A DNA stretch of 64,000 nt from Candidatus Doudnabacteria bacterium (GTDB taxonomy: Bacteria > Patescibacteriota > Doudnabacteria > UBA920), in the NCBI GenBank assembly GCA_963768175.1, contig CAVYGQ010000001.1, forward strand, positions 100,481 to 164,480, read 5' to 3'. Below the pieces are notes generated by a model. The model saw nothing but the letters and a program-made list of their open reading frames with translations, searched no databases and had not been told where the DNA came from. Below, one piece after another: positions 63,590 to 64,000 of the stretch. Position 1 is the stretch's first letter, and each line of letters begins with the position of its first letter. Position numbers and translations under genes: made by a program.

Positions 63590-64000
<411 letters not shown>

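Overview
The window is a low-GC (~40-45%) bacterial chromosomal segment with many small ORFs, and its gene content resembles a Candidate Phyla Radiation (Patescibacteria-like) genome. It carries housekeeping genes (gpmI 3' part, recJ, rnhA-like, mreB, dinB, the mraZ-rsmH-ftsL-ftsI start of a dcw cluster, rplJ-rplL, dus, lexA, scpA/scpB, aspS, lgt) and an rmlCBDA dTDP-rhamnose cluster. It also carries two glycoside hydrolases plus a ROK glucokinase, a two-component pair, a sortase next to a 1472-aa repeat-rich surface protein, and a ~6.5 kb low-GC accessory island. The island ends at tRNA-Gln and contains a large serine recombinase, an IS3 element, a DUF2726 / PH-domain / membrane-protein operon, and tRNA-derived repeat remnants.

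The most unusual property I can see directly is a dense population of short palindromic (hairpin) elements in several sequence families. They sit in intergenic regions and also as in-frame insertions inside conserved genes (recJ, dinB, dus, aspS, a ybaK-like gene, a SpoU gene), much like Rickettsia palindromic elements. One ~100-bp inverted-repeat element family (3 copies) carries a GxxExxY (PD-(D/E)XK-like) ORF in its loop in one copy.

Other observations worth a second look:
- A GIY-YIG nuclease gene inserted at tRNA-Glu, with a 22-nt duplication of the tRNA 5' end.
- Three structured, terminator-bounded non-coding regions that are candidate ncRNAs (class not identified).
- A motif shared by the lexA and dinB promoters, a candidate SOS box.
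- 10-bp-phased GTGG(G) repeats upstream of mraZ.
- A heptanucleotide microsatellite abutting the rmlA start codon.
- Two frameshifted genes, and an IS3 whose orfB lies in the +1 rather than -1 frame.
- Three GC-rich compositional islands. Two encode signal-peptide proteins, one of them outer-membrane-barrel-like with a C-terminal Phe.
- A YefM/Phd-like segment fused in-frame upstream of galE at the window end.

No rRNA or CRISPR array is present. All functional calls are made from motif recognition in the translated ORFs, not from database searches.
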